The notes: generated by a model from the sequence alone, not told the origin. A DNA stretch of 32,000 nucleotides from Planctomycetales bacterium (GCA_022646745.1 CP060262.1:1770001-1802000); one strand, 5' to 3'. Shown: positions 15,152 to 22,616, numbered from the stretch's first letter. Numbers and translations: made by a program.

Positions 15152-15904
15152 ATGCAGCTAGCATTGTTCACACCCGGGGCCTGCATCTGGCCAGTCCACA
15201 GGAACTTCGAAGCCTTCGTGGCCGAGCTCGGCGGCGCGGGCACCGATTCGGTGGACCTGCTGGATAGTGGCTGCTACCCGGTGCATGCCCGCAGTGAATC
15301 AGGCGTGCAGCAGCTCAGCGAGAGAATGGACTACCGCCTGTTCAAGCTGCACCAGGACCTATACAACTCGCTCCTGCGTCCCTCGGAATTCTTCCACGGC
15401 GAATCCCGCAGTTTCGCTGACCGCTTCTGGCCGGACCTGATTGGCACGCCGCCGGCTGACCTGCTCAGCGCGCTGGTGTTCCACTTCATCGAGCGACCCG
15501 CGGAGGACTGCTCCGTCAATGCAGGCCTGCGCGTGCTGCGCAGCATTTTCTTCCAGCATGAGATGGCGGACCCGAACCTCTGGGTCTGGAGTGCGCGCGA
15601 GAACCTCTCCAGCCTGCGTGGCGATTGGAGCTGGATTCCGCTGAGATTCAACGCCCCGGCCGCCAGCCGGCTGCACGACATCGAATTCACTGTACACGGC
15701 ATGCGTGAGCGTCCGGCGGACAGCAGTGGCTGGTTCAGCGGGCAGATCCGCCGCAACGACCGGGGCGAATGCCGGGTCGCATTGCGCTGTGGCGCTGACC
15801 GCGGCATGCGCGAGCATGATCCGGCCCGCCTCAGCGAGGCCAGCCTGCAGGACTGCAAGCGCTATATGTCCGCGATCTTCGGCTGGCAGGGGGTGGCGGC
15901 GTGA
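15152..15904 (+). CDS. Hypothetical cytoplasmic protein (250 aa), translationally coupled to gmk
   Basis: Long ORF with G/C-rich third positions and no signal peptide or TM segment. Its stop overlaps the gmk start (GTGA at 15901-15904). I recognise no family motif. Confidence 0.6.
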   Translation: MQLALFTPGACIWPVHRNFEAFVAELGGAGTDSVDLLDSGCYPVHARSESGVQQLSERMDYRLFKLHQDLYNSLLRPSEFFHGESRSFADRFWPDLIGTPPADLLSALVFHFIERPAEDCSVNAGLRVLRSIFFQHEMADPNLWVWSARENLSSLRGDWSWIPLRFNAPAASRLHDIEFTVHGMRERPADSSGWFSGQIRRNDRGECRVALRCGADRGMREHDPARLSEASLQDCKRYMSAIFGWQGVAA

Positions 15905-16524
15905 GTTTCACCCCATCCTGCATCGTGGTGGCCGGTCCCAGCGGGGTCGGCAAGTCAACGCTGATTGCCAGGGCACTGGCCAAACTGCCGGAATGGATGC
16001 TTTCCGTTTCCGCCACAACGCGCGCGAAACGTGACGGTGAAGTGGACGGCGTGAACTATCATTACCACTCCCGCGAGCAGTTCGAGTCGCAGGTGGTGGC
16101 CGGCGGATTCCTGGAGTTCGCCCAGGTTTACGGCAATTACTACGGCAGCCCGGTATCCGAGATTGAGCGAGCAGCTCAGGCTGGCCGGAACCTCGTGTTC
16201 GAGGTGGACACGGTGGGCTGCCTGAGCATTCGGTCCCTGCGTCCGCAGTGGCCGCTGGTGGCGATCGTGCCCCCTGAACTGGCGGAGCTCAGGCGCCGTC
16301 TGGAGGGCCGCGGGACGGAGAGTGCGGAAAGCCTCGCGCTGCGCCTGGCCAACAGTGTGGCGGAACTGCAGCGGATGCGCGGTTTTGATTTCGTGATCGT
16401 GAATGATGACCTGGAGCGGGCCAGTGGCCAGCTCACTGAACTGATGTCCCTGGTAGGGGCGGGGCTGACGAGTGTCAGCCCGACTGTCGACAGTCTGCTT
16501 GAGAAAGCCGGAGGAACAAACTGA
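15901..16524 (+). CDS. gmk: Guanylate kinase
   Basis: P-loop GPSGVGKST, then SATTRAKRDGEVDGVNYHY and FLEFAQVYGNYYGSP. Conserved gmk-rpoZ-coaBC gene order. Confidence 0.92.
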   Translation: MSFTPSCIVVAGPSGVGKSTLIARALAKLPEWMLSVSATTRAKRDGEVDGVNYHYHSREQFESQVVAGGFLEFAQVYGNYYGSPVSEIERAAQAGRNLVFEVDTVGCLSIRSLRPQWPLVAIVPPELAELRRRLEGRGTESAESLALRLANSVAELQRMRGFDFVIVNDDLERASGQLTELMSLVGAGLTSVSPTVDSLLEKAGGTN

Positions 16525-16967
16525 TGAAGTACAAGGAAGACTCCCTGATCCAGCCCTCGCTAGAGGCGCTGCAGGAGCGGATTCCCAAGAAGTATGAGCT
16601 GGTGCTGACCGCCACCCGGCGCGCCAAGCAGATCATCCGCGACATGCGCCTGAACACCGTGGGCTACAGCGAGGATGACCTGCGCCGCAAGCCGCTCTCG
16701 ATCGCGCTCAACGACATCGTCGAGGGCCGTGTCGACTCCACCACGCTGTCCACTCCGGACATCAACTTCACCGACTACGAAGAGGGCACCAGCGACCTGT
16801 TCACCGACATTGACAGCCTCGGGCCCCCCGAGGAGGGCGAGGCCGGGGACGACTTCCCCGAGGCCAGCTTCCCCTCGATCCCGGACGATGCGGACCAGGA
16901 GGAGGAGGAGCCGGATTACATCGATGATGATGAGTTCGGCCTGTCCATCGGCGAGGAAGACGACTAA
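16524..16967 (+). CDS. rpoZ: DNA-directed RNA polymerase omega subunit with long acidic C-terminal tail
   Basis: N-terminal KKYELVLTATRRAKQI matches the omega core motif. ATG overlaps the gmk stop (TGATG). Conserved position between gmk and coaBC. Residues ~72-147 are Asp/Glu-rich. Confidence 0.85.
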   Translation: MKYKEDSLIQPSLEALQERIPKKYELVLTATRRAKQIIRDMRLNTVGYSEDDLRRKPLSIALNDIVEGRVDSTTLSTPDINFTDYEEGTSDLFTDIDSLGPPEEGEAGDDFPEASFPSIPDDADQEEEEPDYIDDDEFGLSIGEEDD

Positions 16968-16982
16968 CAGTCGCCTGATCGC

Positions 16983-18224
16983 ATGTCCGCCGGTAAACGC
17001 ATCCTGCTGGGAGTCAGCGGCGGCATCGCCGCATATCGCGCCTGCGAGCTGACGCGCCTGTTCGTGCACAGCGGCTGCGAGGTGCAGGTCGTCCTCACTC
17101 CGGCAGCGGAGCAGTTCGTCTCCGCGATGACCTTCACCGCACTCAGCGGCCGCCGCGCACTTGTCACCGACGATTACGACGGTGGCAGCGAGGAGCTGTA
17201 CGCGCATCTCAACCTGACCCGTGGGATTGATTGCATGGTGGTGGCCCCGGCCACCGCGGACTGCATCGCTGACATGGCCCATGGCCGCGCCGACCGCCTG
17301 CTGACCGCCTGCCATCTGAGCAACACCGCCCCGCTGGTCGTCGCCCCCGCGATGAACGTACGGATGTGGGAGCATCCCGCCGTGCAGGCCAATGTGCGCC
17401 TGCTGCGTGAGCGCCGTGCTCATGTGATCGGCCCCGCCAGCGGCAGCCTGGCCTGTGGCGACGTCGGCAGCGGCCGGATGTCCGAGCCGGAGGAGATCCA
17501 CGACTTTGTATTCGACGTGATCGCCTCCACTCCCTCTGACTTCAGCAGCGGCGAGCTGGCTGGCCGGCACATCATCGTCACCGCCGGCGGCACCCGAGAA
17601 TACATTGACCCCGTACGCTACATCACGAACGCCAGCACCGGCACCCTCGGCCTCGAAATTGCCGCTGCCCTGCTTGATGCGGGGGCCACGGTGGAACTGC
17701 TGGAAACCGGCATTGAGCTGCGTCCTGAGATGCTTGAACGGCTCAGCGAGGTGACCCGAGTGCGCACGGCCTACGACCTGCAGGGAGAGCTGGCGCGCAG
17801 GCTACCGGATGCCGACGGCCTGGTTATGCTGGCCGCGGTGGCTGACTACGGCCCGGCGCAGTACATCTCCTCCAAGCGCAAGAAGGACGGCGACAGCTGG
17901 ATGCTTGCGCTGTCAGAGACCCCGGACGTGCTGGCCTCGATGCAGCAGCTGCGCCGCCCGGACCAGGTGATCTGTGGCGTTTCGCTGGAGGACAGCGACT
18001 GGCTTGAACGGGCCAAGGACAAGGCCCGTCGCAAGGGTGCGGACATGCTGCTTGCCGTCGAGCTCGGTGGCGACCTGCCATTCGGGCGCTCCAAGTTAAA
18101 CTGCGCGATGGTCACCGGCGATAGTGTTATTGCCGAACCGGGCTGGAGGGAGAAGCATGAGCTGGCGGCGCTGACCGCCCAGTGGATTGCCGGACGACTC
18201 GGTGAGGCAGGCGCCGGGCACTGA
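16983..18224 (+). CDS. coaBC: Bifunctional phosphopantothenoylcysteine decarboxylase / phosphopantothenate-cysteine ligase
   Basis: Flavoprotein N-domain ILLGVSGGIAAYRACEL...VVAPATADCIADMAHGRAD, plus a C-terminal CoaB-like domain (IIVTAGGTREYIDPVRYITNASTG). Confidence 0.9.
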   Translation: MSAGKRILLGVSGGIAAYRACELTRLFVHSGCEVQVVLTPAAEQFVSAMTFTALSGRRALVTDDYDGGSEELYAHLNLTRGIDCMVVAPATADCIADMAHGRADRLLTACHLSNTAPLVVAPAMNVRMWEHPAVQANVRLLRERRAHVIGPASGSLACGDVGSGRMSEPEEIHDFVFDVIASTPSDFSSGELAGRHIIVTAGGTREYIDPVRYITNASTGTLGLEIAAALLDAGATVELLETGIELRPEMLERLSEVTRVRTAYDLQGELARRLPDADGLVMLAAVADYGPAQYISSKRKKDGDSWMLALSETPDVLASMQQLRRPDQVICGVSLEDSDWLERAKDKARRKGADMLLAVELGGDLPFGRSKLNCAMVTGDSVIAEPGWREKHELAALTAQWIAGRLGEAGAGH

Positions 18225-18261
18225 CCGGTTCCATTCCAGTAATTAGCCTCAGGAGACCCAG

Positions 18262-19158
18262 GTGAGAACAACCGCCACCGCCATCTTGCTTTCAATGCTC
18301 GTGCTGCTCTGTGCGGCACCGGCCAGCGCTGCGGGCAACAGCCCGGTTGCCAGCAAGGACGGCGTTACCTTCACGCTTGACGACCTCAACATCTACTGGC
18401 TGCGTAACCTCGGCAAGGATGGCCTGCTGGATTTCTTCCAGACGATGGTCGTCTACCAGGAGGGCCTCAAGCAGGGCCTGCGCCCGACCCAGCAGGAGAT
18501 GACGGACTTCGTGGACAACACGATGGGCCGCGATGTCTACAACCAGTTCAAGCTGCTGTACAGCGAGAAGAACGTCAACCAGCTGATCGAGTACACCATC
18601 GTCACCGCCAAGTACGAGACCTGGCTGCGTGACAAGATCAGCCGTGAGAAGAACATCAAGGTCACCGAGGATGAGGCCAACAAGTTCTTCCTCGAGAACA
18701 TCGAGCAGTTCCACCTGCCGGAGGGTGCGCACCTGTCGATCATCTCCGTCGACAACGAGGCCGCCGCCAACACGGTGCTCTCGCGGCTTGGCAAGGGCGA
18801 GAACTTCGGGGACATCGCCGCCGAGGTGAACATGGACCCGGAGATGCGCGCGGTGCGCGGCGAGCTGGGCTCCTACCGCCGCGGCGAGGGCCTGCCAAAG
18901 CCGCTGGAGGATGCGGCGTTCTCCCTGCAGGAAGGCCAGTACAGCGGCATCATCAAGGGCAGCAATTACCACATCGTGTACTGCCACCGGCGCTACCCGG
19001 AGGTCAGCCCGACCTTCGAGCAGATCAAGGAGCAGCTGATGGTCGACCTGCGCGAGGCCAAGATCGACCCCTATTACCTTGATGCGCTGAACGACCTGAT
19101 GAGCGACCAGCTGCCCAAGTTCAACATCGACGCGGAGCTCTTCCGACCGGAGGAGTGA
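18262..19158 (+). CDS. Secreted parvulin-type peptidyl-prolyl isomerase (PrsA/SurA-like)
   Basis: AGGAG lies 6 nt before GTG 18262. Signal peptide MRTTATAILLSMLVLLCAAPASA. PpiC rotamase region HLSIISVDNEAAANTVLSRLGKGENFGDIAAEVNMD...GELGSYRRGEGLPKPLEDAAFSLQEGQYSGIIKGSNYHIVYC. Confidence 0.8.
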   Translation: MRTTATAILLSMLVLLCAAPASAAGNSPVASKDGVTFTLDDLNIYWLRNLGKDGLLDFFQTMVVYQEGLKQGLRPTQQEMTDFVDNTMGRDVYNQFKLLYSEKNVNQLIEYTIVTAKYETWLRDKISREKNIKVTEDEANKFFLENIEQFHLPEGAHLSIISVDNEAAANTVLSRLGKGENFGDIAAEVNMDPEMRAVRGELGSYRRGEGLPKPLEDAAFSLQEGQYSGIIKGSNYHIVYCHRRYPEVSPTFEQIKEQLMVDLREAKIDPYYLDALNDLMSDQLPKFNIDAELFRPEE

Positions 19159-19179
19159 GCCAAAAGGCAACGCAAAACG

Positions 19180-19215
19180 GGGCGTGGCAGGGATGCCGCG
19201 CCCTTTTCACTTTCT
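19180..19215 (+). terminator. Rho-independent terminator
   Basis: GGGCGTGGCA-GGGA-TGCCGCGCCC 10-bp stem (one G-U pair) followed by TTTTCACTTTCTG. Confidence 0.75.
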
Positions 19216-19357
19216 GCTGCCAGCCGGACTGTCTGTCAATGCCAGAATCTCCGCGAGCCTCCCGGCTGGCAGCGCGGGATGGCAGCCCGGGGGGCCAGGA
19301 TGTCGGTCCAAACAGTGGCTGGCGATCCAAGTCCGAGCCAAGGCTGAGCTGCAATCG

Positions 19358-19608
19358 TGCCAATCCCGTGGGCAGTGCCCGGGGAGCCGGTTTGAAAACG
19401 CTTCTGCGTTGCCTGCCGGACGGCCTGCCAACAGTTAACCGTTTCCAGCGCCTGAACCTGCCAATTCTTCGGGGGGCCGGGTGCCAACGATTCCGGCAAC
19501 GCCGGAAAATGCCAACAATTGGCCGGATTTCACCGGAAATTCGCCAAAAACGCCCCATTTCTGGCAATATTCCGGGCAAAAGGGCTTGACTTGCGCTAAT
19601 ATTGCCAA
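19358..19608 (+). repeat. Array of same-orientation TGCCAA(Y) direct repeats in degenerate ~23-33-nt units, interleaved with TTCCGG/CCGGAA motifs
   Basis: Exact TGCCAA occurs at 19358, 19426, 19459, 19482, 19510 and 19603, with CGCCAA at 19542 and TGCCAG at 19240. Extended forms are TGCCAACAGTT, TGCCAATTCTT, TGCCAACGATT and TGCCAACAATT. The region is non-coding: all six frames give Arg/Trp/Pro-rich nonsense. Confidence 0.6.
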
Positions 19609-19614
19609 TAGTAC
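19586..19614 (+). promoter_or_regulatory. Sigma70-like promoter candidate for 19635-20222
   Basis: TTGACT (19586-19591), 17-nt spacer, TAGTAC (19609-19614). SD AAGGAG (19621-19626) lies 8 nt before ATG 19635. Confidence 0.45.
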
Positions 19615-19634
19615 TTCTCTAAGGAGTAGACAAA

Positions 19635-20222
19635 ATGGCAAGGAAAACCACTTACAGAAGTCGCATTCAGCGCACCATCGATGCTCCCGCCGCCAAGGCG
19701 TTCGATGCGTGGGTTGATGCGAAGACGAATGCCAAATGGTATGCGTCCAGTGCAAACCACGACGCCAAGGTCGGTGGTGCATACAGCAACAGCAACGGTG
19801 ACAAGGGCCAGTTCCTTGAGGTCTCCAAGGGCAAGAAGCTCCGCTACACCTGGGAGAACCCGAAGAACGCCCCCGGCACCGTCGTCACCGTCAACTTCCG
19901 TCCCTTCGGCCGCAACAAGTGCAAGGTCCAGGTGACCCACTCCAAGCTGCCCAAGAAGACCGACATCGACAAGTTCCAGGAGTACTGGAACTGGGCGACT
20001 GACAGCCTCAAGAGCTTCATTGACAGCGGGCGCCGCATGACCATGGATGCATGGAAGAAGGCCCAGGCTGCCGAAGCGAAGGCCGCTGCCGCTGCCAAGG
20101 CCGCCCCGAAGAAGGCTGCCGCCAAGAAGGCCGCTCCGGCCAAGAAGGCCGCCCCGGCCAAGAAGGCTGCCCCGGCCCGCAAGCCGGCTGCCAAGAAGGC
20201 CGCTCCGGCACGCAAGAAGTAG
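19635..20222 (+). CDS. SRPBCC/AHSA1-like domain protein fused to a histone-H1-like Ala/Lys/Pro repeat tail
   Basis: Strong SD. The N-terminal ~140 aa fit the AHSA1/START-like pattern (RTIDAPAAKAFDAWVD...WY...GG...GQFLEVSKGKKLRYTWE...TVVTVNFRP...KCKVQVTHSKL...WNWATDSLKSFI). The C-terminus is AAKAAPKKAAAKKAAPAKKAAPAKKAAPARKPAAKKAAPARKK. Confidence 0.8.
   Translation: MARKTTYRSRIQRTIDAPAAKAFDAWVDAKTNAKWYASSANHDAKVGGAYSNSNGDKGQFLEVSKGKKLRYTWENPKNAPGTVVTVNFRPFGRNKCKVQVTHSKLPKKTDIDKFQEYWNWATDSLKSFIDSGRRMTMDAWKKAQAAEAKAAAAAKAAPKKAAAKKAAPAKKAAPAKKAAPARKPAAKKAAPARKK
20061..20219 (+). repeat. In-frame degenerate 18-nt tandem repeats (aagaaggccgc(y)ccggcc) encoding (A/P)AKKAAP units
   Basis: Directly visible repeats: gccaagaaggccgctccggcc / aagaaggccgccccggcc / aagaaggctgccccggcc / ... 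aagaaggccgctccggca. Confidence 0.8.
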
Positions 20223-20246
20223 TCAATCCGGCAAGCCGGATTCACC

Positions 20247-20286
20247 GGGGCAGGGCCATTGCGGTCCTGCCCCGCTCTTTTTTCTT
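20247..20286 (+). terminator. Rho-independent terminator (preceded by a second small hairpin at 20225-20242)
   Basis: GGGGCAGG-N11-CCTGCCCC stem followed by GCTCTTTTTTCTT. Upstream hairpin AATCCGG-CAAG-CCGGATT. Confidence 0.7.
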
Positions 20287-20294
20287 GACAGCCC

Positions 20295-20906
20295 ATGGCC
20301 GTTGACGACAGTTTCGCCGAGTTCTGGGACAGGATGTACCGCAACGGCAGTTACCTCGAACTGTGGGAAGAGCAGGAGCCTGACCCGCAGGTTGGCAGGA
20401 TGCTGGCTAGCCTTGTGCTGCCGGCCGGCAGCCGGGTGCTGGACCTGGGCTGCGGCACCGGGCTGGAAGCATGCGCGATGGCCGCGCTGGGCTGGAGTGC
20501 CAGTGGGATAGACATCAGCCCGGCAGCAGTCAGCATGGCCCGGGAGCGCAGCGCAGTGCTCGGCCTCGGGATTGACTGGCGCGTTGGCAGCGTACTTGAA
20601 CTCCCCTGGGATGACGACTCCTTCGAGCTGCTCACCGACCGCGGCTGCCTGCACCTGCTTCCACACTCCAAGTGGCCGCTGTATGCCGCCGAGGCCCGCC
20701 GCGTACTGCGCCCGGCTGGCCGGCTGCTTGTGCGGGGCTGCAGCGACTGTGGCAACCCGGACTTCAGCTGCCTGTCACTGGCAATGCTGGAGGAATTGCT
20801 GCTGCCAGCCGGCTTCAGGCTGCTCGAATGCGCCCCCCTGCAGCTTGCCAACAGCCGCGGCGGCCTGCCGGCCCTGTTGTGTCTGCTAGAATCCGCCCAT
20901 GCCTGA
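20295..20906 (+). CDS. Class I SAM-dependent methyltransferase
   Basis: Motif I VLDLGCGTGLEA, then an acidic residue after beta-2 (SGIDIS), and LLTDRGCLHLL / LRPAGRLLV post-motifs. Substrate unknown. Confidence 0.8.
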   Translation: MAVDDSFAEFWDRMYRNGSYLELWEEQEPDPQVGRMLASLVLPAGSRVLDLGCGTGLEACAMAALGWSASGIDISPAAVSMARERSAVLGLGIDWRVGSVLELPWDDDSFELLTDRGCLHLLPHSKWPLYAAEARRVLRPAGRLLVRGCSDCGNPDFSCLSLAMLEELLLPAGFRLLECAPLQLANSRGGLPALLCLLESAHA

Positions 20907-21282
20907 GGGCGAAGACAGCTGGGCCGGACAGGATCCGCAGGTGCACTCCAGTGGACATGCCCGTCGCATGCGCGAACTGGAGGAGGAGCTAGAGGTGGCG
21001 CGCCGCCAGGCTGAGATCGAAAAGGCCCGCGCCGAAGCCGTCGTCAGCCACCTCGTGGTCGAGAACCATGAGCTGCGCCGCCAGGGCACAGCCATCCCCT
21101 CGCAGCAGCCACAGCAGAAGCCACGTCGCAACACCGGCTGGATGCTTGCCGGCAGGCTGGCAGCCAGTGTCAGCTCAATGCTGCTGGGGCTGCTGAGCTG
21201 TGTGACCTTTCTCCTGTTCGCAGTGCTGGTCTGGGCTTACTGGCCGGAAATCTCCGGCCTCATCTTCCCGCCGGGCCAGTAA
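20899..21282 (+). CDS. Hypothetical tail-anchored membrane protein with N-terminal coiled coil
   Basis: Its start overlaps the methyltransferase stop by 8 nt (ATGCCTGA). Heptad-like RRMRELEEELEVARRQAEIEKARAEA, then a C-terminal TM segment SSMLLGLLSCVTFLLFAVLVWAYW. Coding-like third-position GC. Confidence 0.55.
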   Translation: MPEGEDSWAGQDPQVHSSGHARRMRELEEELEVARRQAEIEKARAEAVVSHLVVENHELRRQGTAIPSQQPQQKPRRNTGWMLAGRLAASVSSMLLGLLSCVTFLLFAVLVWAYWPEISGLIFPPGQ

Positions 21283-21467
21283 CCGCTTGCTGCCTTAAGC
21301 CTGCAAGGTTGTTTGCTTTAATTGACTGGACATCAGCAGGCTCTGCAATTCTCACCGGTCGGATCCGGGATCATCAAATCATTTGCCAATATCCCGCGTC
21401 CTGTATCAGTGCGGATTTACATGTACGGACGGTACTCCGAATATTCTATGTACGCATTGGTGCTTTC

Positions 21468-22616
21468 GTGAGCAGGCATTACGACAGAGTGGATCCCGGG
21501 CCGCACAGTCCGGAGGCTGAACGCAGGCGCAACCTGCAGTTCCTGCTCGCCTCGATCCTGCTCAACGTGCTCGTGATCCTGCTGCTGCCGGCGCTGAGCC
21601 GCCAGGTGGACCTGCCGCTGGTGTTCCAGGTTGAGCTGATTGACCCGGCGGACCCGCCCAGGCCGAAGCCGCAGGTGCCGCTGATCGTGCCGACGGAGGA
21701 AGGGCTGACCGCCCAGGCCGCCGGGGCACAGTCCAATGCCGCCGCCCTGCAGAACATGCAGCAGGCCCCCAGCAACAGCAGTGCGCCGACCCAGGCATCC
21801 AGCCCCTCGAACCTCAAGCCCTCCACCGATCCGCGCGATGCAGGGGCAACACCGCAGCCGGGCCAGGCCAGCAACAGCTCGAGCATGACCCAGGTGCCGC
21901 AGACCAATGCCGACAACCCGAACAGCTCGACGGTGGTTGACACCAAGCGGCCGGTCAAGACCCAGCAGTCACCGGAGAAGGTCAAGCCCTCCGGCGAGAG
22001 CAGCCCGAGCAACAAGGACGCCAAGCCCTCGCAGCAGCAGGACAAGCCCGCCACCAACGAACCCGCTGTCAACGTCAACTCCAATGCGCCGGCCAGGCCC
22101 GTGCAGGATGCGACCCAACCCGCCACCAAACCAGCTGAGGAGCAGCACAGCCCGGACGTGAAGGTGCCGGACAAGCCGGCCGAGAAGCAGAATGAACCCT
22201 CGGTGACGGTATCCCCAGAGAACAACCCGCAGGTGAATGTCAGCGCTGACAAGCCTGACAGCAACACCACCGGCTCCGTGGACCCGGGACCGCCCGCGGC
22301 CCCGCCGGGCCCGAGCCAGGCCGAGCTGAACATCCTCGGTGACTACGGCGATGCGGCACGCAAGAAGATCCGCCGACTGGTGCGCACCCCGGAACGTGCG
22401 CGCGAGCGTGACATCAAGGGCCCCGTGACCTTCGAGTTCGAGCTTGACCGCAATGGCAACCTGCTTAGCGTGAAGGCCATCGAGAGCCCGCACAAGATCC
22501 TCGAGCAGGAATGCTTCGAGGCCACACGTGTCGCGGCACCCTTCGGCAAGTTCCCGCCGGAGATCACTGTCAAGAGCTGGAAGTTCCGCATGAAGCTCGA
22601 ATTCCCGATCGTCTGA
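21468..22616 (+). CDS. tonB: TonB-family energy transducer with very long Ser/Pro/Gln/Asn-rich linker
   Basis: N-terminal TM anchor LQFLLASILLNVLVILLLPAL. A ~230-aa low-complexity linker. C-terminal TonB-like domain (ILGDYGDAARKKIRRLV...GPVTFEFELDRNGNLLSVKAIESP...FGKFPPE...KFRMKLEFPI). Directly upstream of exbB/exbD. The start is uncertain: GTG 21468 was chosen, GTG 21489 is possible, and the ORF-track TTG 21309 adds an AT-rich, non-coding-looking 53 aa. Confidence 0.7.
   Translation: MSRHYDRVDPGPHSPEAERRRNLQFLLASILLNVLVILLLPALSRQVDLPLVFQVELIDPADPPRPKPQVPLIVPTEEGLTAQAAGAQSNAAALQNMQQAPSNSSAPTQASSPSNLKPSTDPRDAGATPQPGQASNSSSMTQVPQTNADNPNSSTVVDTKRPVKTQQSPEKVKPSGESSPSNKDAKPSQQQDKPATNEPAVNVNSNAPARPVQDATQPATKPAEEQHSPDVKVPDKPAEKQNEPSVTVSPENNPQVNVSADKPDSNTTGSVDPGPPAAPPGPSQAELNILGDYGDAARKKIRRLVRTPERARERDIKGPVTFEFELDRNGNLLSVKAIESPHKILEQECFEATRVAAPFGKFPPEITVKSWKFRMKLEFPIV

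Noticed and set aside
19155-19589. 144-aa plus-strand ORF, and overlapping ORFs in other frames, covering the 19.2-19.6 kb gap
   Set aside because: It starts inside the PPIase stop and terminator region and has no SD. Its translation is Arg/Pro/Cys/Trp-rich, and all six frames are similarly open, so it behaves like GC-rich non-coding DNA. The region is better described by its DNA repeats.
19358-19608. Possible CRISPR array
   Set aside because: The repeat core is only ~6-11 nt, the units are degenerate and of variable length (23-33 nt), there is no separation into spacers and palindromic repeats, and no cas genes are in the window.
19844-20511. Alternative-frame ORFs across the AKKAAP repeat (19844-20344 minus, 20047-20511 plus, 20051-20305 plus)
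   Set aside because: These are by-products of the GC-rich 18-nt repeats, where every frame stays open. Only the frame continuous with the SRPBCC domain has an SD, and the downstream methyltransferase has its own frame.
21369-21387. Fur-box-like sequence GATCATCAAATCATTTGCC upstream of the tonB-like gene
   Set aside because: It matches the 19-bp Fur consensus GATAATGATAATCATTATC well only if a 1-nt gap is allowed, and poorly without one. That is too weak to call, although iron regulation of tonB/exbBD would be plausible.
21309-21467. 53-aa N-terminal extension (TTG start) of the tonB-like ORF
   Set aside because: The segment is AT-rich relative to the coding sequence and reads as non-protein-like. 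TonB proteins have short cytoplasmic N-termini, so GTG 21468 just upstream of the TM helix is preferred, although the start remains uncertain.
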